From NCBI RefSeq assembly GCF_018977255.1, contig NW_024705443.1:1-43895 (forward strand): 43,895 bases of DNA, given 5' to 3'. The stretch is from Callorhinchus milii. Its lineage: Eukaryota. A model generated the notes under the pieces. It was not told the origin of the DNA, did no database searches, and saw only the letters and a program-made list of their open reading frames with translations. The translations under genes and the position numbers were made by a program. Numbering within the stretch: the stretch's first letter is position 1; every line of letters begins with the position of its first letter. This document shows positions 40,225-43,895 of the stretch, piece by piece.

Positions 40225-41930
40225 TTCATGACAGAAATTATAACAAAACACACTCGTTTGCTAAAAGCACCATGCTCAACACGAGTGTCCTTAAATATGT
40301 TTATTAAACAGGTTCAGAACAGTATTAACTTGCACCTATTAGTCCAAGATGGGGCCGGCTAGTTTTTTTTGGCTAGTCCCGTGTGTGTTTGTTGTGTGAG
40401 GTGTCTTGATAGCAGTCGCTCTCCACTGTAGTCCTGGCATCTGCTGCTCAGATTCCTTCCACAGCTGTGGTCCCAGTGGCACCGTCTCTCCGGGGAACCA
40501 TGTGGTGTGTGTGTGTGACGTGTATCACGGGGAGTGTGGGTGTGTGCCTGGGATGTGTCACGGGGTGGGTGGGTAGTCTGGTGATAGTGGTCATGGTTGG
40601 CAGCGATCCACGACCACAACAACCACCCCTACTGTGTGGTGGACATGCCACCACAAAGCAGCACGCGGCGGAGGAGTGAGGTGATCGCTCTCGCCACGCG
40701 AGCAAGGCCCCCTCGCTTCCTCTTTTTCCCTGCATCAACAACAACAATAACCGCCATTCGCCACTAAGTGGCGGTGACGTCACCACGACGCTTGTGCCAG
40801 GCCAAGTGCACCTTGAGGCTACCACGTGAAGTGTCGAACGCCCGCTGGCAGGAGGTCACGGGGCAGACCCAGCAGGTGCCACGGGTCGACTGACCGAGAT
40901 GACCGAGATGACTGGCTGATGCACCACCTGTGCCCCCTACTGTACCAACTTGCTGTGCTTTAGCCACCCGGCGCTCCGCTCGTTGTTGTGAGCGTCGCTC
41001 CTCCGCCCTCCGTTGTTGTTGGAGGGCGACTGCCTCCAACTGCCCAGTAGCGTCCTTCACGAGCCTGCATCACCACCTCCACCACCTGCACCTCCTCCAC
41101 CTCCTCCTTTGTCTCGTCCTCCATCTCTTCCGTCGTGAGAATTATTTTATTATGTTTTATTTTTCTTATTTTATTACTTCCCTTCTACGTGACTTTACCG
41201 AAAGAGCCATGAGGATGAATCCCTGCAGTTTAGAGGGCATTGTCGGGTGAATATTAGCAAATTCACAGGAAGCACGGAATTATGCATGGAGATGTATGTA
41301 ATTATTCAAACAGAAGTGTACAATTACGCAGTAGGATGTACATACGTATTAAGGTTAAATTACAATGGCCAGATTCGCTAAGCTATGTTGCTACATATGC
41401 GGATTGTTAATGTAGAAATTAACAATTGAATGCAAAGTCTATGATAATCCAAGACGAGAACAAAGGAATTGAATGCTAGAGGGGAGTTATAAGGGGCTTA
41501 AATTCAGACCTCAAGACCATTTCGAGAGGGATTTCACTGAGGATAGACGCTCGACTCCTCGCTCTGCAGATTACCCTTCTCCTGCGAGACCCAGCCTGGC
41601 GAGCACGATTGCCTGGCGACTGGGAGAGTTCGTGGCGATCTCTTCAGACGGGTTACAGGGACATCGACACGCCGTGCATCAACAAGTAAGTGTCTTCGTT
41701 AGTGGATACAACTGGTAGTCGCGTGTAGCCCGACTTACGAGACGTTACTGTGTGTCGGTTAGACGTTAGTGAGAGTTTGCTTTTTGGCGATTTGAGCCAG
41801 ACATCCACGCAGCTTAGAGGGTGCCTTTAACTCTCATCAAAACCCGCGACTGTTACTCTGCTCTGAAGAATCAGTCACATGGAGCAGATAAAATCTCCAC
41901 AGGGCCAAACACACATGGGCGAGAAGCCGT
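40225..41930 (+). repeat. Direct segmental duplicate of ~11290-12975
   Basis: Near-identical, including the LINE-like insert and the putative upstream exon. Confidence 0.92.
40347..41132 (-). mobile_element. Duplicate of the 11412..12180 LINE-like fragment
   Basis: Near-identical sequence and junctions (ORF 40764..41060). Confidence 0.45.
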
Positions 41931-42952
41931 TCAAATGCTCTGTGTGTGGGAAGGCATTTCACGGAAATCACATCTTCACAGTCACCAGAAAACACACACG
42001 GGCGAGAAGCCGTTCAAATGCTCTGTGTGTGGGAAGGCATTTTCACGTAAATCCAATCTTAACTCTCACCAGAAGATACACACGGGTGAGAAGCCATTCA
42101 AGTGCTCTGTTTGTGAGAAGGCATTTGCACAGAAATCAACTCTAAACAGTCACCAGAAAACACACACGGGCGAGAAGCCATTCAAGTGCTCTGTTTGTTT
42201 GAAGGCTTTTGCAGAGAAATCAACTCTAAACAATCACCAGAAAACACACACGGGCGAGAAGCCATTCAAGTGCTCTGTTTGTTTGAAGGCTTTTGCAGAG
42301 AAATCAACTCTAAACAATCACCAGAAAACACACACGGGCGAGAAGCCATTCAAGTGCTCTGTTTGTTTGAAGGCTTTTGCAGAGAATCAACTCTAAACAA
42401 TCACCAGAAAACACACACGGGCGAGAAGCCATGCAAGTGCTCTATTTGTGGAAAGGTATTTGCGGATAAATCAAATCTTAACAGACACCAGAAAACACAC
42501 AAGAACGAAAACAATTCAATTGCGCTGTGTGCGGGAAGGCATTTTCACGGAAACAAAATCTTCACAGTCACCAGAAAACACACTCGGGTGAAAAGCGAAT
42601 CAATTGCTCTCCGAGGGAGAGGACATGTTCACGGTCATCACCCCGAAACAAGCACCAGAAGATCCGCAATGATAGGGAAGTGAAATCAAATAGTGAAATT
42701 CAAAGTGCTGAAATGAGTCCTGAAAAAAATGCATCTTTCGAACCAAGGCAGGCGGATCCTGAGAGATCGTTGAATGTAGCGGATGTAATGAGTCCTGACG
42801 ACAATTCCTCTTTCGACCCCATGCAGTTGGATCCTGAGAGATGGCTAGATGTAGTGGATGTAATCAGCGCTGAAGACAATTCCTCTTTCGACCCCATGAA
42901 GTTGGATCCGGAGAGATGGCTGGATGTAGTGGAGTGGCTGAAGACGTATTGA
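41879..42952 (+). pseudogene. C2H2 zinc-finger array gene, copy 6 (~8 fingers plus the most complete acidic tail; about three 1-bp frameshifts)
   Basis: ORFs 41879.., 41821..42396, 42186..42683 and 42527..42952 join into one array ending ...DPERWLDVVEWLKTY*. Confidence 0.85.
42731..42950 (+). repeat. 75-bp coding repeat x3 (SFDPMQLDPERWLDVVDVISAEDNS)
   Basis: Units start at 42731, 42806 and 42881, in frame in ORF 42527..42952. Confidence 0.85.
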
Positions 42953-43895
42953 GTACATCTGTTAACTGTTGCCCTGTGTATATTCGTGTCTCTTAGATAT
43001 ATTTTTCAGTGATTCCAGTACTCCGAGCTAGAGTGATGTTGTGAATGGTCTATACTGTGTTCAGATGAACGTATTCCTTTTAATTTCCAGAAGTGTTCAC
43101 TTATTTCAGGATGACAACAATGTTATACTTCTATAGATGCGTTGCTTCGTCTGATGGTTGTATCATCGGGACTGGTAAATGTTTGGTGTTTATGGTAGAA
43201 GGTGCCATGTCATCCTCTCACAGCTAATTGCGTGTTAAAGTTTATTCTAGACTTCGTCACGTTAAGGTGGTGCTTTGTAGTCCTATCGGACTACTTGTTG
43301 ATGTGGTGTGATGCGCCAGTGGTTGTGTGGTGGTTCAATTTCTAATTTTACTCTCGTGGTTAAGTGGTTTTGTTGATTTAAAGTTGGAGAAATACTGTGA
43401 TCACAACTTTGCTCAATATTTTAAACATGTTCTTTAATTTTTTTATCATTGTGTAATAAATAAATAACTTAAAGTATAGGTTTCAGAGTGTGCGTGGATT
43501 GCACGTTCGTTGTTCTAGTGTTTGATGGCTTGGACTTCTGGACGAATGGCTTCAGTCGAAAAGGACGTCAATGGGGACAATCGACGTTCCACGTGTTGAA
43601 TTTTAAGAATATGTTTTAACTGTTGAAATTGGGAAATAATTGTCTAGTTCCTTCCTGTTTGAGCATGCGTTTTAATAAAGATTTCAATACGAGTATTAAC
43701 GTGAATTTTCTTGCAGATTAATAAAGACCTATATTGTTTTAAAGATGACTGATCGTACGTTATTTCAACCATATCCTTCCTTAAAAAAACACGGACGAGT
43801 AGACATACACACACAAGTGTGCTTATAAACACGACTGTCTATACAGCGGTGTGCATTCACACACGAGTGTGCATGTGTTTCTACGAGTTTTAACT

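Noticed and set aside
42806..42930. Cytochrome P450 PERF-like motif in DPERW
   Set aside because: No other P450 motifs; it is a short tandem repeat in a ZF tail.

Overview
Eukaryotic (arthropod-like; species not identifiable) repeat-rich DNA. Both flanks (1-15227 and ~27700-43895) form a rearranged cluster of ~5-kb segmental units holding six paralogous C2H2 zinc-finger genes: two on the minus strand and four on the plus strand, with about 5-13 finger units each. Their 84-bp finger units are nearly identical except at base-contacting codons. No KRAB, ZAD or SET domain is recognisable, but a 25-aa acidic 'DPERWLDV' repeat of variable copy number sits at the C-terminus. The units also carry a GC-box/CRE module, a tRNA-headed Nin/Deu-type SINE, Penelope-like remnants with minimal hammerhead ribozymes, and RTE-type LINE fragments. 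After a 30-N gap, an ~11.9-kb block (15258-~27150) has no credible ORF, repeat or homology to the flanks and looks like randomised sequence; I cannot support any gene in it. It ends in a 6 x 46-bp palindromic array followed by a hammerhead core. All family calls rest on motif recognition; no searches were run.
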